Shown: positions 35,289 to 45,179 of the stretch, piece after piece | Layout: each line of letters starts with the position of its first letter | Position numbering within the stretch: the first letter of the stretch is position 1 | NCBI GenBank assembly: GCA_017623055.1 | Contig: JAGAPX010000023.1 | Location: 7,138 to 71,137 of the forward strand | Direction: 5' to 3' | DNA: 64,000 bases | Origin: Phascolarctobacterium sp. | Lineage (GTDB): Bacteria; Bacillota; Negativicutes; Acidaminococcales; Acidaminococcaceae | Notes under the pieces: generated by a model | Seen by the model: the letters and a program-made list of their open reading frames with translations, nothing else | Database searches by the model: none | Told to the model about the DNA's origin: nothing | Program-made: the position numbers and the translations under genes

Positions 35289-37175
35289 ATGAGTGAAACT
35301 AAACTTCTGGACACCATAAACTCTCCTGTTGATGTTAAGGCTTTGACGGAAGAGCAGCTGGTGCAATTAGCTGGGGAAGTTCGTCAGCTGATTATTGAGG
35401 TAACTGCAAATAATGGTGGTCACTTGGCGCCTAACCTGGGTGTGGTGGAGCTTACCCTTGCCTTACATAAGGTGTTTTCTACTCCCAAGGATAAGATAAT
35501 TTTTGACGTAGGTCACCAAGCCTACATCCACAAGATTATCACTGGCAGACGTGAAGCTTTCCAAACTCTGCGTCAATATGGAGGTCTTTCCGGCTTCCCG
35601 AAGCGTAGCGAAAGCAAGCACGATGCCTTTGGTGTAGGTCATTCCAGCACGTCCATTTCTGCGGCGCTGGGTATGGCAGTTGCTCGTGACGTAAAGGGCG
35701 AGGACTACGACGTTGTTGCTGTCATTGGTGACGGCTCCATGACTGGTGGTATGGCTTTTGAAGCCCTCAATAACGCAGGTGATTTACACAAGAAGATGAT
35801 TGTTGTGCTTAACGATAACGAGATGTCCATCTCTAAAAACGTAGGTGCAATGTCTGAATACCTGTACCAACTGCGTACAGGGGAAACTTACAATAAAATT
35901 AAACACGACCTTGAAGGCTGGTTGAGTAATGTTGAATTTGGTGGCGACGTATTAAAGGTTATCCGTCGTATTAAGGGCAGTGTTAAGAATTTAATGCTTC
36001 CTACTTCTATTTTCGAAGAGCTTGGCTTTACCTATCTTGGACCCATTGATGGGCACGATATCCATAGCTTGATTGAAGTTATGGAAGCTGCCAAGCACGT
36101 GGAAGGACCTGTTTTAGTACACGTTATCACTAAAAAGGGCAAGGGCTACGGTCCTGCAGAAGAAAGTCCTAACAAGTTCCACGGTACTGGTCCCTTTGAA
36201 GTTGCTACTGGTAAGAAGATTACTAACCCCGAAGCACCCATTACTTATACGGAAGTGTTCGGTAAGACTGTGATTGAGCTTGCCAAGGAGGACGAAAACA
36301 TTGTTGCCATTACTGCAGCGATGCCTGACGGTACGGGGCTGACTCCCTTTAGCAAGGAGTTTCCTAAACGCTTCTTTGACGTAGGCATTGCTGAACAGCA
36401 CGCTGTAACTGCGGCGGCTGGTATGGCGGCAGTAGGTTTGAATCCTGTGGTAGCAATTTACTCTACCTTTATGCAACGTGCTTACGATAGTGTACTGCAC
36501 GACATTTGTATGCAAAACCTCCACGTAAACTTGTGTCTTGACAGGGCAGGCTTGGTTGGAGACGATGGCTTTACTCACCACGGTGTATTTGACTACGCTT
36601 ATTTGCGTAGCATGCCTAATATGACTGTGATGGCACCCAAGGACGAGGACGAACTGCGTCATATGCTCAAGACTGCGGTGGAAATGAATAGCCCTGTTGC
36701 TGTACGTTATCCTCGTGGCAGTGGTGTTGGCGTGGCACTTAGTGATGAAATGCAGGTACTTCCCATCGGCAAGGCAGAAGTGCTCCGTGAAGGTAGTGAC
36801 GTTTGCCTGTGGGCTATTGGCACTATGGTAGAAAGTGCTACTAAATTGGCAGATATGCTTGCAGAGCAAGGCATTAACGCTGGTGTAGTTAATATGCGTT
36901 TTGCCAAACCTCTTGATAAAGAATTGCTTTTGGCTCACGCAAAAGAATATAAAAAGCTTGTTACCTTGGAAGAAGGCGTACTCCAAGGCGGTGTAGGTAG
37001 CGCCGTACTGGAAGTACTTAACGAAGCGAAGCTCTTAGGCGACTGCAAGGTGTTGAACTTTGGTATTCCTGATGAGTTCGTTTTACATGGTGATAAGCAA
37101 AGATTATTCCAAGATATTGGACTTGATGTGGAGACAATGGCTGGCAAGATTACAGCCTTTGTAAAGGGTGAATAA
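35289..37175 (+). CDS. dxs: 1-deoxy-D-xylulose-5-phosphate synthase
   Basis: GGHLAPNLG, GHQAYIHKIITGR and the TPP motif GDGSMTGGMAFEALN. 628 aa. Confidence 0.95.
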   Translation: MSETKLLDTINSPVDVKALTEEQLVQLAGEVRQLIIEVTANNGGHLAPNLGVVELTLALHKVFSTPKDKIIFDVGHQAYIHKIITGRREAFQTLRQYGGLSGFPKRSESKHDAFGVGHSSTSISAALGMAVARDVKGEDYDVVAVIGDGSMTGGMAFEALNNAGDLHKKMIVVLNDNEMSISKNVGAMSEYLYQLRTGETYNKIKHDLEGWLSNVEFGGDVLKVIRRIKGSVKNLMLPTSIFEELGFTYLGPIDGHDIHSLIEVMEAAKHVEGPVLVHVITKKGKGYGPAEESPNKFHGTGPFEVATGKKITNPEAPITYTEVFGKTVIELAKEDENIVAITAAMPDGTGLTPFSKEFPKRFFDVGIAEQHAVTAAAGMAAVGLNPVVAIYSTFMQRAYDSVLHDICMQNLHVNLCLDRAGLVGDDGFTHHGVFDYAYLRSMPNMTVMAPKDEDELRHMLKTAVEMNSPVAVRYPRGSGVGVALSDEMQVLPIGKAEVLREGSDVCLWAIGTMVESATKLADMLAEQGINAGVVNMRFAKPLDKELLLAHAKEYKKLVTLEEGVLQGGVGSAVLEVLNEAKLLGDCKVLNFGIPDEFVLHGDKQRLFQDIGLDVETMAGKITAFVKGE

Positions 37176-37177
37176 GA

Positions 37178-37996
37178 TTGAAGAAAGAACGTTTAGACGC
37201 ACTCCTCATGAACCGTGGTCTCTTTGAAAGCAGGGCACGTGCCCAAGCTGCGGTTATGGCAGGACAAGTGCTGGTTAACGAACAAAAAATAGATAAACCG
37301 GGTACTCAGGTTGCCCCTGATGTTACCATCCGTCTTTTAGGTGACAAGCTGCGCTACGTTAGCCGTGGTGGCTTGAAGCTGGAAAAGGCTCTACAAATTT
37401 TCCCCATCAGCGTAGAGGGCAAGGTTGTCGCTGATATCGGTGCTTCTACTGGTGGCTTTACAGATTGCGCCCTGCAAAATGGTGCAGCAAAAGTTTACGC
37501 CGTTGATGTAGGCTACGGCCAGCTGGCGTGGAAGCTGCGCAGTGACGAGCGCGTAGTGAATATGGAGCGCACCAACGTACGCTATCTGGAAGCGGATAGC
37601 TTTGGGGAATTGGTGGACGCAGTTACCATTGACGTTGCCTTTATCTCTTTAGATAAGGTGTTGCCTGCAATCTACAAAATTCTCAAGCCTGAAGGCTTCG
37701 TGGTGGCGCTTATCAAGCCCCAATTTGAAGCTGGCAAGGAAAATGTAGGCAAGAAGGGTGTTGTACGTGACGCCAAGGTACACGAGGACGTTATTAAAAA
37801 TGTTATCAGCTTTGCAAAAGGTGAAGGCTTTGGTATCGCAGGCTTAGACTTTTCTCCCATTAAAGGACCTGAAGGTAATATTGAATACCTGCTTCACCTG
37901 ACTAAGGGTGATGACGATGCTGTGAGAGAAGCTTACGTTGATGAACTGGTAAGCCGTAGCCATGGTGATTTAGATAAAAAACCAACTGCTGAATAA
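37178..37996 (+). CDS. tlyA: TlyA-family rRNA 2'-O-methyltransferase (hemolysin A-like)
   Basis: S4 domain (RLDALLMNRGLFESRARAQ), SAM motif DIGASTGGFTD, TTG start with AAAGGGTGA upstream. Confidence 0.85.
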   Translation: MKKERLDALLMNRGLFESRARAQAAVMAGQVLVNEQKIDKPGTQVAPDVTIRLLGDKLRYVSRGGLKLEKALQIFPISVEGKVVADIGASTGGFTDCALQNGAAKVYAVDVGYGQLAWKLRSDERVVNMERTNVRYLEADSFGELVDAVTIDVAFISLDKVLPAIYKILKPEGFVVALIKPQFEAGKENVGKKGVVRDAKVHEDVIKNVISFAKGEGFGIAGLDFSPIKGPEGNIEYLLHLTKGDDDAVREAYVDELVSRSHGDLDKKPTAE

Positions 37997-38007
37997 GAGG
38001 ATCTCTG

Positions 38008-38868
38008 ATGAAAGCAAAACGCTTGGGAATTTTCCCTAATATGACAAAAGAAAAAGTGCGTACCAATCTGCAGAACTTTGTTTCCCTATGTAAGGAGCAG
38101 GGGTTAGAACCCTTGTTGCCCATGGATATCTGTGATGCCTTTCAATGTGAAGGCTTTAGTCAAACGGATGAAGCTGCGTTGCGTAGTCTTGATTTTGCAG
38201 TATCCTTGGGCGGTGACGGTACCCTGCTGAAGATGGCTGGTTACATCGTACCCTTGGGCATTCCCGCCTTTGGCGTAAACTACGGTAAGCTTGGCTTCTT
38301 GGCAGAAATTGACAGTCCCAGCCTTCGTAAGGCGATTATGAGACTTGGTCGTGGTGACTACGAAATCGAAAGCCGTTATTTACTTAAGGCAGAGATTATG
38401 CGTGGTGAAGAATGCTTAGCTAGTGCACACGCTCTTAATGAACTGGTACTTGCCAAAGGTGCCTTTAGTAAGATGGCGCATATGCAAACGTACATTAACG
38501 GGAAACCTTCCGGTAGCTATTCTGCAGACGGTCTTATTGTAGCGACTGCTACAGGCTCCACTGCTTACTCCTTATCTGCTGGTGGACCCTTGGTTCAACC
38601 GGAGCTGGAGGTTAGCATTATTACTCCTATCTGCGCACATTCCTTGGCAGCTCGTACTTTGGTAATTCCTATGTCCGAGGTTATTGACTTAAAGCCAAAG
38701 GCAGGTAGTGAAGATATGATGCTTTCGGCTGACGGGGAGGACGTTGGCGACGTAACGGAAGATACTTACGTACGTATTGCTAAGAGCCCTTATAAGATGC
38801 AGTTCATTAGATTGACAAGTCGAGATTATTATCAAACCTGGCAACAAAAATTAATGAGTAATGACTAA
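38008..38868 (+). CDS. nadK: NAD kinase
   Basis: GGDGTLL motif and NELV..., TGSTAYSLSAGGP motifs. Confidence 0.9.
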   Translation: MKAKRLGIFPNMTKEKVRTNLQNFVSLCKEQGLEPLLPMDICDAFQCEGFSQTDEAALRSLDFAVSLGGDGTLLKMAGYIVPLGIPAFGVNYGKLGFLAEIDSPSLRKAIMRLGRGDYEIESRYLLKAEIMRGEECLASAHALNELVLAKGAFSKMAHMQTYINGKPSGSYSADGLIVATATGSTAYSLSAGGPLVQPELEVSIITPICAHSLAARTLVIPMSEVIDLKPKAGSEDMMLSADGEDVGDVTEDTYVRIAKSPYKMQFIRLTSRDYYQTWQQKLMSND

Positions 38869-38903
38869 TCAGTAGGTTATTTATATAAATGAGGTGATCA
38901 ATC

Positions 38904-39353
38904 ATGAAAATGACCAGACACGCAAAAATCAAAGAAATCATTGACAAAAATAAAGTGGAGACTCAGGAAGAGCTGGCTGCAGCCCTGCGTGACCAAGGCA
39001 TTGAGGTAACTCAAGCTACTGTTTCCCGCGATATTAAAGAGCTGATGCTGGTTAAAGTTCCTGACGCAGATGGTAACTACCATTATGCTTATCCTAAGGA
39101 ACACAATATGCTCCTTACTCCCGGTCGTTTGGAACGTACCTTCCAAGATTCCATCATTGGTGTGCGTGCTTCCCAATGTTTGGTAGTAATTCGCACTCTC
39201 CCTGGTACTGCCCAAGCTGTAGCTTACGCAGTAGACTACATGAAATGGCCTGAAATTTTAGGCACCATTGCTGGTGACGATACTGTATTCGTTGCTCTGG
39301 CAGATCAAGAAGGCGTACAAACCTTAATGAACAGATTTAAAGATCATCAATAA
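38904..39353 (+). CDS. argR: arginine repressor
   Basis: wHTH (TQEELAAALRDQGIEVTQATVSRDIKEL) and C-terminal GTIAGDDT motif. Confidence 0.9.
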   Translation: MKMTRHAKIKEIIDKNKVETQEELAAALRDQGIEVTQATVSRDIKELMLVKVPDADGNYHYAYPKEHNMLLTPGRLERTFQDSIIGVRASQCLVVIRTLPGTAQAVAYAVDYMKWPEILGTIAGDDTVFVALADQEGVQTLMNRFKDHQ

Positions 39354-39368
39354 GCTGAGGTAAGACTA

Positions 39369-41051
39369 ATGCTGCAATCCTTGCACGTTCACAATTTTGC
39401 GTTATTGGAAGACGCAAAGGTAGATTTCGCTCCGGGTTTTAATGTTTTTACAGGTGAAACCGGTGCAGGTAAATCCATATTGGTAGATGCTTTTGGCGTT
39501 GTGCTTGGCAATCGTGCTTCTGCGGACTACGTGCGTACTGGAGCAGATAGCTTTTGGGTACAGGCTGTTTTTGACATTAGCGGTCAAGAACAGTTGCAAG
39601 CCTTTTTAGAAGAGCAGGGTATTGAGGTTGATGATGACTTATTTCTTAAACGTCAAGTAACCATCGCTGGTAAAAGCAAGGCTACTGTTAATGGGGTACA
39701 AGTGCCCTTGAACGTGTTAAAAGCTATTAGCACCATGCTTGTGGATATCCATGGTCAGCACGAAAACCAAGCTTTGTTGAAGGCTGATGCTCCGCGCATC
39801 TTGATTGATGGCTTTGGAGGCGAAAGGATTGCTGACTGCTTGAAGGCTTATAGTGATCTATACAATAAATATGTTGCTTTGCAAAAGAAGCTTGAAGCCT
39901 TAAAGGTAGATAGCGAGCAGCAAGACCTGCTTCTTGACCGTTACGATTGGGAAGTAAAGGAGATTGAAGCTGCTAAGCTGCGTATAGGTGAGGAAGAAGC
40001 TTTAGAAGATGAAGCGAAGGTACTGCAAAACAGTGAGAAGATTATTACTGCTGTTAACGGTGCTTATAATTTGCTTGATGATGATAAGGCAGTGCTCTCC
40101 TTGCTGGCGAAAGCAAAGGGCAACCTGCAAAACGCAGTGCGCTACGATAGCAGGCTGAGCATTTTACTAGACAACTTAGACAGTGCTTGGCTTACCCTCG
40201 ACGATTGTCGTCAGGAGCTAAGCGAATACCTTTCCCGTACTGATTTCAATGGTGAACGTGCGGTAGAGGTACAACAAAGATTAGATACGATTTATCGTTT
40301 ACATAAAAAATATGGTGGCTCCACAGAGGCAGTTCTTAACTACTTAGAAGCTACCAAGGTTAAATACAACGAGCTTTTAGATTTGGCAAGTACTATTTCC
40401 AAGGCAGAAAAGGAAATGGCTAGCTTGACCAGAGAGCTTACTGCTTGTGCAGATGTATTGACTGCTGAACGCAAGGCGCAAGCTGAAAATTTGACACAGC
40501 TTATTACCAGTCACATTCACGATTTAGCAATGCCTAATGGCGTGTTTGAGGTTGCCTTTACCAAGCTTGATAAATTCACCTCAAACGGTCGTGACGGTAT
40601 GACCTTTATGTTCAGCGCTAATATGGGCGAGCCTGTTAGTGAGCTGGAAAAGGTTGCCAGTGGTGGTGAGCTTTCCCGCATCGCCCTTGCCATTAAAACT
40701 GTGATGAGTAGTAGTGGTGACGTACCTACCATGGTATTTGACGAAATCGATACTGGTGTTGGTGGTGTTACTGCTCAAATGATGGCAGAAAAAATTGCCA
40801 GCATCTCTAAAATTGGACAAGTTTTGTGCATTACCCACTTGCCGCAAATTGCTGCCTTTGCTGATAGGCACATCTTTATCGAAAAGCAAAGTAGTGAAGG
40901 GCGTACTGCAACAATGCTTTCCGTTCTTGACGAAGAGCAAAGAATTCGTGAGCTTATGCGTATGACGGCAGGCACCAGCGAAAGCAGTGCTGCCTACGAA
41001 AACGCAAAAGAGCTTTTAACTGCAGCAAAAGCTGTAAAAGATAAGAGGTAG
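39369..41051 (+). CDS. recN: DNA repair protein RecN
   Basis: Walker A GETGAGKS, long coiled coil, signature SGGELSR, Walker B MVFDEID. Confidence 0.95.
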   Translation: MLQSLHVHNFALLEDAKVDFAPGFNVFTGETGAGKSILVDAFGVVLGNRASADYVRTGADSFWVQAVFDISGQEQLQAFLEEQGIEVDDDLFLKRQVTIAGKSKATVNGVQVPLNVLKAISTMLVDIHGQHENQALLKADAPRILIDGFGGERIADCLKAYSDLYNKYVALQKKLEALKVDSEQQDLLLDRYDWEVKEIEAAKLRIGEEEALEDEAKVLQNSEKIITAVNGAYNLLDDDKAVLSLLAKAKGNLQNAVRYDSRLSILLDNLDSAWLTLDDCRQELSEYLSRTDFNGERAVEVQQRLDTIYRLHKKYGGSTEAVLNYLEATKVKYNELLDLASTISKAEKEMASLTRELTACADVLTAERKAQAENLTQLITSHIHDLAMPNGVFEVAFTKLDKFTSNGRDGMTFMFSANMGEPVSELEKVASGGELSRIALAIKTVMSSSGDVPTMVFDEIDTGVGGVTAQMMAEKIASISKIGQVLCITHLPQIAAFADRHIFIEKQSSEGRTATMLSVLDEEQRIRELMRMTAGTSESSAAYENAKELLTAAKAVKDKR

Positions 41052-41058
41052 TTTACCT

Positions 41059-41619
41059 ATGATTAAAAAGTTTCATGATCCTGAATTAGACGAACACTAT
41101 ATTAGTAATGAAAGAGTTTTTTCCGGACGCTTGCTGAAAGTAGAATTGGACCACGTTAAATTACCCAATGGAACTGAAAGCACAAGGGAGTATATTCGTC
41201 ATCCCGGTGCTGTTGCCATTGTGCCTGTGCTTGATGATGGTAGAATAGTTCTTGTCAAACAATGTCGCTATCCTTTAGGTACGGTGATGTGGGAAATTCC
41301 CGCAGGAAAGCTTGACCACGGCGAAAACGAAGACCCGTTGGAATGTGCTAAACGTGAATTAAGCGAAGAGACCGGTTACGACGCTGCTAATTGGCAAAAG
41401 CTTGTATCCATTGCTACTACTCCGGGATTTTCTGACGAGATTATCCATCTTTACAAGGCTTGGGGCTTGACTGCTCACAACCAGCATACTGATGAAGATG
41501 AGTTCATTGGTGTAGAGGCTTTTACTCCGGAACAGATTAAGACTATGATTTTAAACGGTGAGCTGTATGATGCTAAGACCTTGTGCGCATTATACGCTTG
41601 TTATTTGGTGAATAAATAA
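41059..41619 (+). CDS. NUDIX hydrolase (ADP-ribose pyrophosphatase-like)
   Basis: Nudix box GKLDHGENEDPLECAKRELSEETGY. Confidence 0.85.
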   Translation: MIKKFHDPELDEHYISNERVFSGRLLKVELDHVKLPNGTESTREYIRHPGAVAIVPVLDDGRIVLVKQCRYPLGTVMWEIPAGKLDHGENEDPLECAKRELSEETGYDAANWQKLVSIATTPGFSDEIIHLYKAWGLTAHNQHTDEDEFIGVEAFTPEQIKTMILNGELYDAKTLCALYACYLVNK

Positions 41620-41620
41620 A

Positions 41621-43168
41621 ATGAACAATGTTTTCGATTTAGTTGCTGACTTTTATAGTCAGGATGAAGAATGGAATACGATTTTAAATAGAAGCTACGT
41701 GGAAAATTTTCTGCGTACTAAATCTTGGCAAGGTGCTACAGATAAAGAACTGACGGAAACTTGGGACTACATCACCTTGCTTTGCTTGTACCTTGGTAAT
41801 AGCGAAAACTTCTTAGGCGATATGAGTCGTGATGATTTTATCGACTGCATTGCTTGGTGCGGTCGTAATGTGGCAGATTTTAGCTTGTCCGATAAGCGAG
41901 TTGCTAAGTTCTTAGACATTATGATTGACTTGTACGCACATCTTTATAGTAAGAAGATTATTATGAGCAGCGCTTCTCCTGTAGAAGCTAAGGCTAAGCT
42001 TTTGCCTGAAGGTAAGCTTACCATGATGGATTACAGTGGTAATTTTTTACCTGAACATAATAAATTCAATTTGTATTCCACTGCAGATTTGCCTGCTAAA
42101 ATTTTCTTAAACATCGGTGATAGGCTTAACGATTTAGTTGAAGTTATGCGTAAGTTCTTTAGCCAAGAACGTTATATGCGTGACATTGAACGTGCTGCCT
42201 TTATGTATGGTGGCATTTTGCTTAGTGGTGCGGTTGAAGAAAAGCCTGGCACAGAAGAATATGCACAATGTTTTTGGGATTACTTCCTTTTTGACCACTT
42301 TATGGTCGATATAGACGAGCATCCCATTAAGCATTTCTATAATTTTATATGCAAAGACCGTATGTTCAGTGAAGAAGGCTTGGTTAGCAAGGATGTGTTG
42401 GAAGAGCTTATCAAGGCACGCTTGGTACTTTTCTCCGTGCAGGGCATCAACGAAGAGGGCAGTTATGTTTGCCGTGACTTTTTGACAGGGCAAACCTACA
42501 ACCTTATGCTTCCCATTGAACCTGACACCAAAACTGAAGATTACCTTTTCTTAGGTCATATCTTCTATAATGAAACCATGGTAATGAACTTCCTGCGTGG
42601 TATGACTGTTCCTAAACGTTCTCGCAAGAAATTGTACGAGGTAATCGAGGGAGCAAAGAATTGGTTTGCCATCCGTAACGGTGGGGAAGTTAGCTGGGAA
42701 GAGTTTGTTGAACGTAATGCCATGTTCATGCGTCATGTAACCTTGGTGTTTTCTGCTTATGCGCGTATGGATGGTTTCAACTATACAACCAATGTGGAAA
42801 ATTACTTGCCCATGCCCATTGACCCTGAGGATAAGGTTTGCCAATGCATTAAGAATATGATGAGACCTTATGCCTTTGCCGCTTATGATATAATGTTAGC
42901 TCAACGTATCTGGAGCGACTATAAGGCTCATTACAATAATTTTACTCCTCGCTTGGCTGACGTTTGGGCAGCAGGCGCTATTAAAAATTTTATTGATGCT
43001 AATAACATCTACAATTACGATTTACAAAAAATTTCAGAGATGTGCCGTAACATCCCCACAACGGTCATCAATAATTGCTACGAGCAAATCCAAAAGACCT
43101 TAGGTGTGGAAGAGCATGACCCTCGTTATATTAATGAAGAAGGATTGCTGCTGATGCTGCTTTCCTAA
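41621..43168 (+). CDS. hypothetical cytoplasmic protein, 515 aa, function unknown
   Basis: Long ORF whose ATG lies 1 nt after the nudix stop. It has no TM segment or signal peptide, is aromatic-rich, and has no motif I can assign. Confidence 0.7.
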   Translation: MNNVFDLVADFYSQDEEWNTILNRSYVENFLRTKSWQGATDKELTETWDYITLLCLYLGNSENFLGDMSRDDFIDCIAWCGRNVADFSLSDKRVAKFLDIMIDLYAHLYSKKIIMSSASPVEAKAKLLPEGKLTMMDYSGNFLPEHNKFNLYSTADLPAKIFLNIGDRLNDLVEVMRKFFSQERYMRDIERAAFMYGGILLSGAVEEKPGTEEYAQCFWDYFLFDHFMVDIDEHPIKHFYNFICKDRMFSEEGLVSKDVLEELIKARLVLFSVQGINEEGSYVCRDFLTGQTYNLMLPIEPDTKTEDYLFLGHIFYNETMVMNFLRGMTVPKRSRKKLYEVIEGAKNWFAIRNGGEVSWEEFVERNAMFMRHVTLVFSAYARMDGFNYTTNVENYLPMPIDPEDKVCQCIKNMMRPYAFAAYDIMLAQRIWSDYKAHYNNFTPRLADVWAAGAIKNFIDANNIYNYDLQKISEMCRNIPTTVINNCYEQIQKTLGVEEHDPRYINEEGLLLMLLS

Positions 43169-43186
43169 AACTAAAGGAGTATGCAG

Positions 43187-43591
43187 ATGAAATGTGAATT
43201 TTGTGGACGCGAAGTTGAAAATACTGTTGTAGAGTGTCCCTATTGCCATTATCAATTTAAACGTGAAGCGCAAGTGCTAAATCCTAATGAGCGTGATTCC
43301 TTTGAAGGTATTACCATCGAAGAAGATGGCAGCACTAATGATGGCGATAGCAAGACTAAATACCAATACCAAACAAAAGAAGAGTACACTCGTCATGACC
43401 AGGCAAAGCAGCAACGCACAACTGTTAATCCCCAGTTCAAGGTGCACACTATGGGCTGCAGCAGTGGTATTCTGATGACGCTCTTAATTTTAGGTGGTAT
43501 CCTGGCGCTGTTCTTCTTCCTTTTGCCCACTTTCATTATCTTCGCGGCAATTGGGGCAGTGGTAGTGTTCATTCTCAGATTGTTTATGTAA
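43187..43591 (+). CDS. zinc-ribbon membrane protein
   Basis: CxxC...CxxC (CEFCGREVENTVVECPYCH) N-terminus, polar linker and a C-terminal hydrophobic double helix. AAGGAG lies 8 nt upstream of ATG 43187. Confidence 0.6.
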   Translation: MKCEFCGREVENTVVECPYCHYQFKREAQVLNPNERDSFEGITIEEDGSTNDGDSKTKYQYQTKEEYTRHDQAKQQRTTVNPQFKVHTMGCSSGILMTLLILGGILALFFFLLPTFIIFAAIGAVVVFILRLFM

Positions 43592-43596
43592 AAATA

Positions 43597-43626
43597 AAAA
43601 GCTCACTCTTTCGAGTGAGCTTTTAG
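43597..43626. terminator. bidirectional intrinsic terminator
   Basis: AAAAGCTCACTC TTTC GAGTGAGCTTTT sits between convergent genes. Confidence 0.8.
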
Positions 43627-43639
43627 CTTTTAGTGCAAA

Positions 43640-44002
43640 TTACATCAGTGCTTCGTGTTGTTGACCTTCCGGTTGGTCAAAGTAGAAAGCAGGGGACGGA
43701 TAGTAGAATTCGCAGTGTTGGAAGTTGATAACTTCGGTGGAGAAGCGTTTGAGCAGTGCATAGCTAGCACGTTCTTCAAAGTCGATTACATTATCTTTGT
43801 TGATGTCTGCGTCATCTACGATTACCAGCAGGAAAGCAGGTACAACCGGTGCATCTTCAGGCACTTGGCTGCGATCAGTGGGGATGCTGGGAACAATGCG
43901 CATATCTGCAACAGGTTGTTGGTTGTCATTGATAAGTCTGCAACGATAAACGTTATCATAAAGGGTACGAGCAAGTTTCAAAGAATAAGCTCCGTTACTC
44001 AT
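43640..44002 (-). CDS. hypothetical protein, 120 aa
   Basis: ORF with AAGGAG 11 nt upstream of ATG 44002. No recognisable motif. Confidence 0.6.
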   Translation of the reverse strand: MSNGAYSLKLARTLYDNVYRCRLINDNQQPVADMRIVPSIPTDRSQVPEDAPVVPAFLLVIVDDADINKDNVIDFEERASYALLKRFSTEVINFQHCEFYYPSPAFYFDQPEGQQHEALM

Positions 44003-44120
44003 AGTTTTACACACTCCTTAAAAAAATACTGCAATCATTTTACCACAAAGCGTTATTTTTCGCAAAAGAAATAAAAAAATTATGTATACATTCTATATTT
44101 GATTTAGTCAGCAGGAATTT

Positions 44121-44149
44121 TTCACTTTTTAACGAATAAAGCATACAAT
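44121..44149 (+). promoter_or_regulatory. candidate promoter of the TAXI-TRAP operon
   Basis: TTCACT (44121-44126), 17-nt spacer, TACAAT (44144-44149). Confidence 0.45.
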
Positions 44150-44201
44150 AATATGTTGCTGTGCATTGAAGCGCATATTCAAAATTAAGGAGGGGAAATG
44201 T

Positions 44202-45170
44202 ATGAAAAAATTATTAGCATTCCTTTTAGGTATTATGGTAATGGCAACTATGGTTGCTGGTTGTGGCGGCGACAAAAAAGACGCTAAAAAACCTGCTGCA
44301 CAAAAATTCGTTAACATTGCTACTGGCGGTACTGCTGGTACTTACTTCCCGCTGGGCGGCGCTTTGGCAGACATCCTGAACAAAAACATCGCTGGCTGCA
44401 ATGCTTCTGCACAATCCACCGGTGCTTCCGTTGCTAACGTAAACTTGCTGCAACAAGGCAAAGTTGACATCGCTTTCATCCAAAACGATATCGCTTACTA
44501 TGCTGCTAACGGCGAAGAAATGTTCAAAGGCAAAAAAGTAGCTGGTCTCCAAGGCTTGGCAACTCTTTATCCTGAAACCGTACAAATCGTTACCCTGAAA
44601 AAAACCGGCATCGATTCCATCGATGACTTCAAAGGCAAACGTGTAGCTGTAGGTGCTGCTGGTTCCGGTACTGAAGCAAATGCTCGTCAAATCATGGCTG
44701 CTTATGGCTTGACTTATGATGATATGAAAGTTCAATACTTGTCCTTCGGCGAAGCTGCAAGTGCATTGAAAGACGGCAACGTTGACGCTGCATTCGTAAC
44801 TGCTGGTCATCCCACCGCTGCTATTCAAGATATCTCCACTTCTAACGATGTTGTTTTGATTCCGGTTGATGCTGACAAAGCTGACGCTCTGATTAAACAA
44901 TATCCGTTCTACACCAAACTCGTTATCAAAGCTAACACCTATAACAAACAAGCTGCTGACGTTCCGGCTGTAGCAGTTAAATGTATGTTGGCAGTAACCG
45001 ATAAAATGGATGCTGCAACTTCCTATGACGTAGCAAAAGCTCTGTACTCCAACTTGGATCGTATGAAAGCTGCTCACTCTGCTGCAAACGCAATCACCAA
45101 AGACACTGCTGACGACGGCATGTCCATCAAATTTGCTCCGGGCGCTGAAAAATTCTTTAAAGAAAAATAA
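44202..45170 (+). CDS. TAXI-family TRAP transporter solute-binding lipoprotein
   Basis: Lipobox MATMVAGC, TAXI signature NIATGGTAGTYFPLGGALA, SD AAGGAGGGG. The ORF-track TTG at 44166 is rejected. Confidence 0.85.
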   Translation: MKKLLAFLLGIMVMATMVAGCGGDKKDAKKPAAQKFVNIATGGTAGTYFPLGGALADILNKNIAGCNASAQSTGASVANVNLLQQGKVDIAFIQNDIAYYAANGEEMFKGKKVAGLQGLATLYPETVQIVTLKKTGIDSIDDFKGKRVAVGAAGSGTEANARQIMAAYGLTYDDMKVQYLSFGEAASALKDGNVDAAFVTAGHPTAAIQDISTSNDVVLIPVDADKADALIKQYPFYTKLVIKANTYNKQAADVPAVAVKCMLAVTDKMDAATSYDVAKALYSNLDRMKAAHSAANAITKDTADDGMSIKFAPGAEKFFKEK

Positions 45171-45179
45171 GAGTTTACA

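Noticed and set aside
36114-36986. 290-aa minus-strand ORF
   Set aside because: It is antisense to dxs. The same reasoning applies to 19405-20247 (antisense trpS), 3425-4021 (antisense efp) and 2484-3215 (antisense aminopeptidase).
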